From Spizellomyces punctatus DAOM BR117 (lineage: Eukaryota): DNA of 64,000 nt. The translations under genes were made by a program, and so were the position numbers. The stretch lies in NCBI GenBank assembly GCA_000182565.2, contig KQ257471.1, one strand, 5' to 3'. Of the stretch, positions 25,501 to 36,769 are shown in pieces (the first letter of the stretch is position 1; each line of letters starts with the position of its first letter). A model generated the notes under the pieces. That model was not told the DNA's origin, ran no database searches, and was given only the letters and a program-made list of their open reading frames with translations.

Positions 25501-25618
25501 CTCGTCCTCGCCAATTTTTCCCACGCTCTGATGTGCATGAATAAACTTGTTGCCTACCTGCGATACTCAGCGCACATGCCGCAGCCAGCACGGCAGCCGA
25601 GACTGTTGGTACCATCAT
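22532..25618 (-). CDS. Prolyl oligopeptidase (S9A) with signal peptide
   Basis: VEDPYRWME, IFLDPNTLS, SKDGTRVPAF, YGYGGF, GGSNGGL (Ser), TGDHDTRV (Asp), SGH (His, in a small 3' exon); first exon MMVPTVSAAVLAAACALSIAG. Confidence 0.9.
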
Positions 25619-27135
25619 GGATCAAAACACGTCCAGTTCTCAAAAGATACTGGGAAGCAGGGGTTTAACAGATGAGGTTGGTGATGGGGCGCGCTGCCGT
25701 TCTCCTGCCAGGGCAACGCTCCTTTTTACCTCATCACAGTGACCATCCATCTTCTCGTCGGCCTTTCTTCTCAACCAGCACATTTGCGCAACCCGTGAGA
25801 AAGATCATGATCGTTGTGTGTCAGTCGAGCGCAGACTGTGTGTAAACATCGGGGAAGAGTGTTTTTAAATTTTTTTGCCGCGCAACATCTTGTAAAGATA
25901 AACCCTCTCCATCATGCCGAAATAGGGCAGAACTTTAAAGTCTGCGCGTAAAAAACACTCTGCTATTTTAAATATACGACTGTGTTGCGCAGATTACGAG
26001 GTTTTTTTGCATGATTCTTTGTCCATCCATGATCAAAATTTCCATATCGCTTGCGTTATATTTTTTATTTTGGTGACAATTGAGGGGAGAAATAATTGCT
26101 GTCCAACGTTCCCAATGAGGTTCTTTTTAACAAAATGACACAAGAGCAAAAAACACCAAATGGGCGCTTCTTCCCCCTCGCTCGCTTTTGCGTCCCCCAG
26201 AATGATTGAATTAGGTGATATGGCATATGGGCACAGGCAGAGATACGAAAATGGTACAACTGCTATACTTGATTGCTACTTGTCTGTTTTCAAGAGTAGC
26301 AAGAACAATTCCAAAATGATTCTTGGCTGTGATTTCCCGTGTGTCCAAATATACAAAACGAAGGATTACTCCACTCTTCCCGTACCAATACCGCCAAAAA
26401 GAAAGGCTTGTTATGATACACAAACATCACCTGACCTCCGTTGTTTCTCCGAATGATAAAAGCCAATGGTAAACAGGTCTTGGTAAATGGCCATCACGCA
26501 CATGACAACCCGGGAAGGCGGGGCCAAGTATTGACATACACTTTCCCGTCTTTCCGTTCTGGCAAGTATGTTGCTGAGGGAGTGTGATCACGAGAGAGAT
26601 GATGATCGAAAGAGATAATCACCTGGTGGGGGTCTTTGCATTACGACGCCGTATCGCCACACTTGACTGGTGCCGTTTCATGCCCTGATTGCCACATTTT
26701 TTATCTTTTTTCATCCTTTGTTGTTTTTGTACGACGGAACACCCCCCACATCCGCTTTCCAGAAAGGGAAACTCTACGGTCCAAGTGCGCGGTTCATTTG
26801 GGGCCCGATCAGTTGCTTTATGAGAATCCATGATATCCAGGGGTTCCGATAGAGAGGAGATTATCCATAATATGGTCAAATTGCTACAAGTGTGAAAGTG
26901 TGCCATAAACATAAGTTTTTTTTTTTGTTTTGCTTTTGTTTCCCAACGGAGCCAGCCGCTTGCGTGCCTTTTTTCGCTGATGGCTTATCTGCTGGAAGAC
27001 CGGACGTTGAGGTGGGGTTTCTGACTCTGGTCGTATATATATATCACTGTCCATTTGGGGTTTCCCCCTCCATTCCCCCCCCCCCCCCACCATCCCTTGG
27101 CCTAGTCTTTTTTCTTACCTCTTCCGTCCACAGCA

Positions 27136-29036
27136 ATGTCAAAGGAGGACTCTGATTATGTTACATTCGTGGAAGAAGATGGTCGCCGTGATTCGGGTGA
27201 AAACAAGTTGGAGCAGGGGCTCAAGCGAGAAATGAAGGCCCGCCATATTGCTATGATTTCCATCGGCGGAACAATAGGTACCGGTCTCTTCGTTGCCTCT
27301 GGAGGTGCCATTGCGGTATGTGTGCAGTGAATTGAGTGTTTTCAGTTGCGCTCGCTGAACTTTGTTTTGCTTCTTCTCCTCTGCAGAAAGCCGGCCCTGC
27401 CGGTGCCTTACTCGCTTACGCCTTCATGGGGTTCACGGTCTTTTGTATCATGACTGCGTTGGGAGAAATGGCTACCCTTATTCCCGTCAGCGGTTCTTTC
27501 AATCACTACGCTTCTCGGTTCGTTGACCCTGCCCTTGGCTTTGCATTGGGTTGGAACTGTGAGTTGTTGTTTTTTATTCATTGGTTTATGCTTGTGATCT
27601 GGTTGCTGACTTTTACATTATAAACAGATTGGCTCAGTTGGGCTATCACAATAGCATCTGAGTTGGCTGCAGCAGGTCTCATCATAGGCTTTTGGAAAGA
27701 AATTATGCCGACGTACATATGGGCTCTGATCCTTCTTGCCATCATCGTTGTATTCAACATGTTTGGAGGAAAAGGTTACGGTGAAACCGAATACTGGCTC
27801 TCATTCATCAAGATTGTCACTGTCATTATCTTCATCCTTGTCGCAATCCTCGTCGCAGCTGGAGCCGTCGGCGGAACTACATATGGCTTCAAAAACTGGA
27901 GGGATCCCGGAGCCTTCAACTCTGGGGCACCGTTCAACAATGGTTTTGCCAACGTCCTCAGCGTCATGCTTGTCGTTGGTTTCTCGTACATGGGCACTGA
28001 GCTCGTCGGTATTGCGGCTGGAGAAACTGCCAACCCAAGAAAAGCAGTCCCCGTTGCCATAAGAAACGTCTTTTGGCGTATTCTCCTGTTTTTCCTTTGC
28101 TGTATTTTCCTCATTGGGTATGTTCAATCGAAATTGATAGTGCCAATTCTAAACTGATCTGATCACTTTCACTCTGCCCTGCAGTCTTATCATTCCATAC
28201 ACCGACCCGAACCTGCTCGACGCCGCAGCCGACGGCAACAATGCAGCCATCGCCCCGTTCACCATTGTCTTCCAACGCGCCAATATTGGCGCGGCTGCCA
28301 ACATCATGAACGCTGTATTGTTGACTGTCATCATCTCTGCATCAAACTCTGCCTTGTTTTGTGGGTCTCGTACTCTGATGGCTTTATCTCGCGAAGGAAA
28401 GGCTCCACGTATCTTCAGCTGGGTTAATCGATGGGGCGTTCCCATCCCTGCTGTGGCAGCCACCTCCGTATTCGGAATATCAGTAGCCGCTGCGTCGGTG
28501 TACGGTTCTGCAGAAGTGTTCAGCTGGGTTCTAGGCTTTTCTGCCGTTACAGGATTTATCTCTTGGGCTGGCATTGGTTTCACCCACTACCGCTTCAGAA
28601 AGGCATACGTAGCGCAAGGAAGAGATGTTTCCCGGCTCCCATACATCGCATGGGCCTTCCCCTTCTCATCATTGTTCGGAGGTTTTGTCTGCGCTGCCAT
28701 TACATTGGCCTCAGGATTTGAGGCCTTCACACCGACATTTAGCGTTGTAACATTCTTCAGAAGGTATTTATATTACGGTCATTTCGATTCCCTCGACAAA
28801 GGCGTTTCTAATGCAATTCTGTCCATAGTTACATCAATATCGTCCTCTTCATTGTATTGTGGGTTGGTTACAAGCTCATCATGAAAACAAAAGTTGTTCC
28901 ATTGCTCGAGTGCGATTTTGACACTGGTATCCGCTGGTTAGACAATGAGCCGGAGGAGAAAACTGTAGAACCAGATACTTTGGGTGGAAAGGTCAAATAT
29001 CGTGGAAAGCGATTCCTTCAACAATTCATTGCGTAG
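27136..29036 (+). CDS. Amino acid permease (APC superfamily, YAT family)
   Basis: RHIAMISIGGTIGTGLF, LGEMAT, FVDPALGFALGW, GTELVGIAAGETANP, SRTLMALS; four introns; stop TAG at 29036. Confidence 0.95.
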
Positions 29037-29386
29037 ATTGATGTAATTGGGATGTGTAGAGCACATTCTAAGACTGTAATTTTGGGTATCTCTTAAGGTG
29101 TATTTATTTGGTGTTGTACAGATATGCAATCCTTATATAGTTTTGAACAAGAAATTGTGTTTATTCTTGGATGCTGAATAACTTTTGTGTAGCCTCTGCC
29201 CCCTCCATTTGTCAACCCGATGAAATACTCATTTTGCTTGTCAATCGACGCATCACAGATTACTAATTTTCAAAGGGTTATAGCGAGTGATGCGACTTGT
29301 GAATCCAGCATGCGATCACCTCCACGCCCTGGATAAATAAAAATGTACCATTATCAAAAACAACTTACTGTCAGATAGCAAAAATG

Positions 29387-29458
29387 GCAACCATAGTGCA
29401 GTGGTTAACATACCTGCCTTCCAAGCAGGTGGCCCGGGTTCGAGTCCCGGTGGTTGCA
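29387..29458 (+). tRNA. tRNA-Gly (anticodon TCC), intronless
   Basis: Acceptor stem GCAACCA/TGGTTGC, D-loop AGTGGT, anticodon arm CCTGC-CTTCCAA-GCAGG, T arm CCGGG-TTCGAGT-CCCGG, discriminator A, downstream TTTT. Confidence 0.96.
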
Positions 29459-29849
29459 TGTGCAGTCGGAAGTGAGTCTTTTCTCCCTTTTACATCCCAA
29501 GCAAATGAATCTGCTAATAGCGTGAATCACTCGGGCAATATAGCTTCTCATTGATCAAAGCTAAAATACCGGAAGCGTGCATAATGTTCGTCAGATTCAG
29601 GATGACACCGCATTCTTGCGATTCCGATAAATTGTCTACATGGACTTCTCGCTATTGCTTTTTTCACATCGAATGCGAACCTGCTCCGCCTCAGTATTCA
29701 TTAGCGTTGATATGGTAAGGTGTCGAGAGCCCCCAATTTCGAAGCAGTTGAATGCAGATAATTATAGGTTTGATGTTTATATTTTAGTTGCGGTTTCATT
29801 CTGGTGTGTTTGCCACAAACTGGAATAAAATTATGGTTGGATGGAACAT

Positions 29850-31106
29850 CTATCTGCTACCTGCAGTGCTTTTATATGTTCTCTTCAAGTCTTCCAATGT
29901 CGTCAAATCAATCTCCTCCCGGCTCAGCTTCCACTGCGCCCACTCATCCCCCACCAAGGTTTGCCAAACCTCTAACAGGACGCCAACAGAAAACAGGATG
30001 CATTTTGGGGTTTCCCAAGGAGAAGCAGCAATATCATGAGTCGGTTCTGCCAGCAATCGCATCAGCCTCTTTGCATGAAACTGGCAAAAATGCCAAAGTT
30101 GGTCATATCCAAACCCGGCATTATTCGCCTTGAGCATCGACTGACAATGCTCGCTCCATTCATCCTCTCCCATCTCGTCTCTAAACTCTGCAATGGATTC
30201 CCGTATATATGCGAGATCTGACGCTAGATTCCGGTAAATATCTTGAAGATTGCAGGCGTTGCACCAATTATGGTTGATCGAAATGGTTTCGCCAATGTTT
30301 TCCACTTGATGCCACCATCCGCTGGGTACAAAGATGAGCTCGCCTGGATGCTGGTAAACAGTTATTGGGGTTGTGGTGGTGTAATAGGTTGGATGTGTCT
30401 CTGGTGATATCAGACGAAGATCGGTTATGGAACAGCCCGGGAATGTGGTGAAAAAGTGTGCTTGCGAGGGTGGAAAGAACGTCCATTTTTTAGTTCCGCA
30501 TAGGTTTGCGCTCCATGAGTAGGAAGTAAATACATCGACGTGGAGTGGGGTACATGTTCCTGAAGCCCCCATATCTAAGATGAAAGTGAAAAAGTTACGG
30601 CTCGCGAATTTCAAGAGCTCCAGGGATCGGGCCAACTCACATACAAATCGGTAGTCATCTTTTCCTCCTTGATCATCCAGAAATTCATTCAACCAGTCAT
30701 CTCCAAACCATAACGGCACCTCATAAACAGCATTTGCTCCCACATTTGGATGTTCCAGAACAAAATGCCAGTCCTTCAAGTACATGCTGTTGTCGCCTTG
30801 TTCCATTCGCACGAGGAATTGTTTGAAGTCCATAGGCGCATCGGCACCGGTTGGGTGGACAGTGGAGGTACCATACTTTGCCTTCAAAAAGCCATAGTTG
30901 GGTTTTCGGTTAGCACTCCTTGTGGACAGGTCGGAGCTGGAGGTTGGGTCTGGGACTGTCCATTGATAAAAAGCGGGGTTGAGAGGAAGCGTCAGTAAGC
31001 AGGGGCGATTTGGTCTGAGATAGCCCTCAAAAAATTCATCGTAGGTAGGGAGTGCAAGTTCATTTTGACCCCCCAGACGGTCAAAAACTGGAATCGACAA
31101 TGTCAT
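29850..31106 (-). CDS. JMJD4: JmjC 2-oxoglutarate dioxygenase, JMJD4-like
   Basis: YLKDWH, DWLNEF, DDYRFVYMG (after removing intron 30640-30575), TPLHVDV, SWSANLCG.KKW, FVPSGWWHQVEN, ISINHNW. Confidence 0.88.
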   Translation of the reverse strand: MTLSIPVFDRLGGQNELALPTYDEFFEGYLRPNRPCLLTLPLNPAFYQWTVPDPTSSSDLSTRSANRKPNYGFLKAKYGTSTVHPTGADAPMDFKQFLVRMEQGDNSMYLKDWHFVLEHPNVGANAVYEVPLWFGDDWLNEFLDDQGGKDDYRFVCELARSLELLKFASRNFFTFILDMGASGTCTPLHVDVFTSYSWSANLCGTKKWTFFPPSQAHFFTTFPGCSITDLRLISPETHPTYYTTTTPITVYQHPGELIFVPSGWWHQVENIGETISINHNWCNACNLQDIYRNLASDLAYIRESIAEFRDEMGEDEWSEHCQSMLKANNAGFGYDQLWHFCQFHAKRLMRLLAEPTHDIAASPWETPKCILFSVGVLLEVWQTLVGDEWAQWKLSREEIDLTTLEDLKRTYKSTAGSR

Positions 31107-31227
31107 GGTTTGCCAAATGACCTGCACTAGGTCAAACTCAACCACACCTTGTTGGCATGGTGAATCGCTAACGCGCAGCAGCCTTACTCTAGCTTGGACA
31201 GTTTGCATAAAAACTATAGCGTTGAAA

Positions 31228-33988
31228 ATGTTTCGCAAGCCATTCCACACCAAACCGCAGTCTCACCTACGCTCTTCGGACCGCCGAAAACTGCGAGCAG
31301 AGTTGCTGGCTGCATATCCTTCTATAAGCGAGGAGGTTGTCGTCGACCTTATACCCACCAAGGAAGGAAAGGACGGGGGAGGGGAAGTTATTTCAGCAAA
31401 GTTTGTTACGCATGGAGGGGAGCAAGGGGTCCTGTATGTCGTCGATGGGCAACCAATATTATGGAAAGACTTGAGCGGTTGTATTTTTCCAACAGGTAAG
31501 CTAATTCGAGGTCCTAGTGGTAGTATATGTCAAAATCCGCTCAGTCTTGGTAACTTCTTGTTAAGTTTACACATTATGGAGGATTCCCGCTATGCTTCCC
31601 ACCATTATGACGCACGGACCCGTGCTACAAAAACTCTTTGATGGAGCAGGTTAGTTAGTGTCACCCAGTGGGTATCAGTTTCCTATGCTTATTGGAAAAT
31701 ATCAGATCTTATGCTGCCAGGTGTCATTATCCCAGCCGAAGGGTTCCACGACTTTGCGTACGGGGATGTAGCTGCTGTCACTGTTCGAGGAAGCCCGTAA
31801 GTATACCCTATATCGTCCTTGATCCTATCACGAGCACATCATGCATTAGCAGCATCGAAATGCTTATTGTCCTTGAATGGTGACCGGATCCAGCATTCAT
31901 ACCATCATTGTTTACCAGGATACCCATGGCAGTGGGTACAATGACTGTGTCCAGCGCGGATATTAAGAAGAGTAGATATGAGATGAGGGGAAAGGGCGTC
32001 AAGATTCTGCATACCTTTGGAGACTACATGTGGTATGATGCGGCTGATCGAATCCTGTAAAGGAGCTGACCGAGAGTGCTCATATGCTGGCTGACTTTCC
32101 AGGGCTCATGGAAATAAGTCTGAGCCTCCAGAATTGGACTTTGTGGAAGGTGGGTAGTCTTTATGTAAAGACATTTTAAGGGATGGAGGTTCATTGGTTT
32201 TCTTGCAGTGGGCGATGCGGACACTAGTGGATCATGGACAGAGCTTGAATATAATCCATCCGGCGCCTCAACTCCCATAGCGAGTGAAACCCTGCCTGCG
32301 TCCATGCAAAACTTGAACCTTGATGGAAGTGTCCACGGAGAGATCGAGCAGAATAACGAGGAGGCCGTAGCAAAAGAAACGGATACAGAAGTGAAAATGT
32401 CACCTGCTGGTGAGACAAGACGAATTTTGCCCATTACGTTTTCGTTTTGTTAAATTCCCGGGTTGCCAGAGATGGACCAGTTACTTGAGCAAGCACTGTT
32501 TACTGTGTTGAAATCCCGACTACCGGATGACCCTAAAGCATTTCCGATGCCATCAAGTCTGTTGTATTCCAACTACATTGTACCATGTCGACCACGAGGG
32601 ACCCTGATAGATATTAAGCAATCGTCATATAAAAAGGTGGAGTAATTAGAGACGGCGTCATCCAGGAAAGACCTTAGTGCTGATGAACCGTGTAGGTTGG
32701 AAAATTTCTCAAGGCCATGGAAAAGCGGGGTTTGATCAAACTAAAAGAGCGAGGCGGAGAAACCATGTTGATGAGTGTGAATCGGCAACATCCGCAGTAA
32801 GAATTGTTAATGCTACTAATGCAGTCAGTGCCCGAAACACTAACTATAGATTTTCCTCCGAAGAATTATAGAATTTGTTGCACCACGTAAAGTCGCTGGA
32901 GACGAAAAGCCCGCCAAGCCCGAAGGACCTGCAGATGGATCACGGTCTCCGACTGATTCAAGTAAAACCAACGGAAAGTCCGGTGCTGGTGAGACTATAT
33001 CAGCAGTCGAGCTTTACAAAGCCTCCGCAAAAGAATGTAGACTTTTTGAGGAAATTGGTGCAAGGTATATTCAAAGTACATTTTTGTTGCGACCGAGCAT
33101 TTCATCTGACTAATCACTCTCGTATAATCACTCTCATATAGTAAAGATGCTCTGTTCACCGAGGCTGATCTACGGGTGGCAGTTACCGAGTACGCCGAAA
33201 TGAAAAACTTGATTGACAGAGCGAATCCAAGGTATATAAACATTTCCGACATGAGAAACTGAATCATCGTGTGCTGACGTTTTCCTTATCCTTCAGAATG
33301 GTAAAAATCGACGCCATCCTGTGCGATGCAGTTTTGAAAAAGGATGAGTACCAGAGCGTGGATTATCTTCCCAGAGATGGAATTTTGCAAAGGTAGGGTC
33401 CGCATTGGCCTCCCTTTCAAATTATACTCTTTGTTCTGATTTGTTGCATTTAGGTTGACAGAACGAATGCAACCATACCATGAGCTTCACCTTCCGGGAC
33501 GCGAACCTGAGATTCGGTATGGCTAGCATGCTCAACATATACTTTAACAACCACACGATTTCGAGACTCCCCTAATTCATACTGTACTCATAGAAAAGGA
33601 ACATTAAAACCGATCCAGATCACCGTCGAACAACGCCAAGGACGGAAAACGGTGACAAAGGTTGTAGGAATTGAACGATTTGGAATAGATCCTGAGCAAT
33701 TAGCTGGGTGGTTGAAGGTTCGGTGTGCCAGTAGTACATCTGGTTAGTTACTTTCTTCTGCATCCCAGATGCGGTGTTTGATGATTTAACCTACTCTTTC
33801 CATCAGTTACACCTATTCCGGGAAAAGCAAATGCGGCGCCTGTATACGAAGTCATGATTCAAGGATCAAAAGTGAAGGAAGTATGTTCCGTTTTGGAAAA
33901 GGAGTGTGGTATGCCGTTTACGGGGGGCAAGGGGTCTGCTGTGAGCAGCAGATTTGTAGAAGTTGTCGATAAAACAAAAAAGAAGTGA
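31228..33988 (+). CDS. EIF2D: Translation initiation/40S recycling factor eIF2D (Tma64/ligatin)
   Basis: MFRKPF..LRSSDRRKLR, FPTVYTLW, GADLMLPG (PUA), IDIKQSSYKK, SWIB-like region, C-terminal SUI1 domain (RQGRKTVTKV..CASSTS..EVMIQG); many short introns. Confidence 0.9.
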
Positions 33989-34269
33989 GGATGGGAAATG
34001 GTACTTGGGCTGATGCATTGTTGTAATACTAGACGGGATGCAGATCGGGATTTTTGAATACCAGTGTTTGGATTTACGCTCAATAATGGGTCGTAACCCA
34101 GAGTTTGTGGGTCTACCATTAACAGTCGCAAAGATACATTCAACGACTTGCTTTCGCACAAAAGAAAAACACAAAATATTTAAAAACTACAAATAATATG
34201 TACAAGGAAACAAAATCTTCAAAACAACGACGCCCTGTTGACAACGAGTCAACATGTATCTTACCGCTC

Positions 34270-36519
34270 TTACCGCCGTGCTGCTGTTGCTCTAGCCAGT
34301 AATGCCTGCCTCTCCATGTCTTCTTCTTCATCATCGCTCACCTCTCCATGTCGATCATCCGGTTGTGCAATTGCACCCACCATCCCGACAACAAACACAG
34401 CCAAAAAGGCCCATTGAGCCCAATAAAAGATTGTGCCAAACAGAGGGAACGTATACGTCGTACGGTTAATGATAGTAGAGATGGTAGTGGGTGTGCAAAG
34501 ACTTGTTGGTGCCTGCATTGTGCAGGGACGGATTTTGGAAGGGTCATCTGTACAATTTCTACTTGGGAGATCACACTGCCAAGAAAATCGTTGTTTAGCC
34601 AAAATCGGAATACTAGTATCAGATCAAACAACTTACGTAGCGTTGCACGCCGAAAGTGCCCCACTGCGGTGCTAAAACCAGCACCACATATCCGTATGCC
34701 ACTGTTACCAGCATCATGAGCATCGTTCCCAGGAGAAGACCTTGTGGGCTCGTTGCATTGTGACGGATGGTATATAGGGGAATGCAGAGGCAGCGAATAC
34801 CAAGCCGCGTCAGCGCCACTAGTGTACAAAAGAAAAGGTACATGATGATAACGAGTAGGAGGAGGGTGTCCAAGGGAAAGTACTATAGGTTCGACGCATT
34901 ACTAACAGTGCCATTGCCGACCAGTGCAATAACAAGCTCCCATACCTTAGAGGCCCGAAGGAGAAGCCAATTGACAGGATTATAAAACATGGGATGATCG
35001 AGCATCCAGCCGCAGGACGCCCCACAGAAGGAATTCTTGATCTTGTCGATACACGCTAGGAGAATCGCAAATGTAATGGACAAACTCAATAGGAGGACAA
35101 CCGTTCCAATAAAAATCTGTTGGCAAAAGTCTGTTAGGTTGCGCACGGAGCTAAAGTTTTGGAGACACCGCTATAGGTACCATGAACGGTTTCAATCCAT
35201 TCCAAAATCTGACCCAAAAGTTAGAATTAGCTCTCTCCATGGCCAGAACGCGGGTTTGCAAATCTCTATGTGACCATTCCAAAAATCAAAACAAGGATTA
35301 CCACCATAACGTCAAACGACGACGAACCTCTCTTTTCTCTCCAGTTCCTCTAACTCGCCCTTCTCCCTTCTGTTCATGGCACCTGGTCCCTCTCTTCCAC
35401 ACTTGGCACGGAAAGCCCTTAGTCTTTCTTGCACTATAGCAAGCTGGGCGACAGCGTCTTGGTTGATTTGGTTTGCACTTCCAGCTTGGATGAAGCGGAT
35501 TGGTAGGAGGGATAAACCAAGGGAGGTAAAGGAGACGTATACTAGTAAACCTAATGTTATTAGCACGCCGATTAGCGCGATAAAGGGCGTTTCGACACCT
35601 TGTAGGTTTTTAATCGTCATTAGCGTCCGTTCTCACAGTGACCACTTTGTAAAACCGATACTTACCACTGCCTAAAAGCTTCTCAAGCCATTCGATATCT
35701 CTCGGTGAATCATCATTCCGCGTCTTCAGCAGAAGAGCAGCCACAAATAGAACCGAGACGGTGATCATAGTCGCCGCCGTGTACTTTGTCGCACTGAGTG
35801 CGCGCTGCCAAGTCCAATTGGTCTCTTTCATCACCAGGAACATGCTCACGTAATTGAAACGAACCCGCTTGAATGTAGAGTCCTCTCCACCGCCCTCTTC
35901 AAAGTAAAAGTAAACCCAAGGAATCACGACAAATGATCCAAAGACAACACAGCTGTAAAGCACTGAGCAAGAACATTGAGCACAAATATCGCGGAAAGCG
36001 GATGAGGCAACACACAATGCCTCACCATAGTAAGCGATCTTCAAACCCAGCTGGACGTAAGACAGAAAATCCGGTGTTGCCCAGGGATGCTTGAGTCCAG
36101 TGGACAGATCTGTCGTACCCGCCGTTATATAAACATCGACGGGAATAAGGAATATGGTTGCGAGACAAGTTGCTGAGATAGACGATAGAGATCAGCAGCC
36201 TGGCCTCTAACTGGCAGAATGGCGATAGACGACTCACATAATCCAACAACACAGGTAGCTGTTACTATATGGTAGATAACCATTTAAAAACAATGAATTT
36301 AAATAGAGAACCAAACTCAGCCAAACCTAAAGGTTCGCCTTCATGGCGGTCTTCAAAATATTTGACTAACGCATAAGAGAATACAACAATGGCCTGAGGG
36401 AACCAGTAACGCCACTGAGACACATTTCACAGGCATTTGTCTACCCAAGACGAACCCACCAAGCATATAACAGCAAATGCTACAAACGCCCCAGTAATAT
36501 TTCCCGCAAAGTCCATCAT
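34270..36519 (-). CDS. LMBRD1: LMBR1-family membrane protein, lysosomal cobalamin transport escort LMBD1-like
   Basis: LIPVDV, FVVIPWVYFYFEE, ALSATKYT, GLSLLP, IDKIKNSFCGASCGW, TSPQGLL, LAPQWGTFGVQ, CTMQAP..CTPT; start MMDFAG at 36519 from reconstructed 5' exons. Confidence 0.85.
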
Positions 36520-36769
36520 CTCCTGTATGGGACTTTAGCAAAATGGTCGGTGGAAGACCGTACGGACAACCGGAGAGCTCTCAACACTTGAGGGCAATCG
36601 ACATGACGTGGTAGCACGTGATTACCAGACATCTGGGTCCACGTGTCGACCGCACGGACATCATTTGCCTTTTTTGGGCATATGTCACAACTCTCCGAGT
36701 TCCCGTTGCCCCTCAGATATCGGGAAAGGCAAACAGAGTGCGAAGGTTGATCCCTCCGCTCACCCAACA

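Noticed and set aside
26570-26640. TPP riboswitch-like words (CTGAG, TGATC, GATAAT) upstream of the permease; also considered for the 3419-3507 hairpin
   Set aside because: Required helices and spacing are absent.
21560-27135. RiPP precursor near the prolyl oligopeptidase
   Set aside because: No MSDIN-like, borosin-like or repeat-core precursor ORF is visible in the flanks.
31107-31253. Apparent overlap of the JMJD4 and eIF2D ORFs
   Set aside because: Caused by upstream non-conserved extensions in the ORF track. The conserved starts do not overlap.
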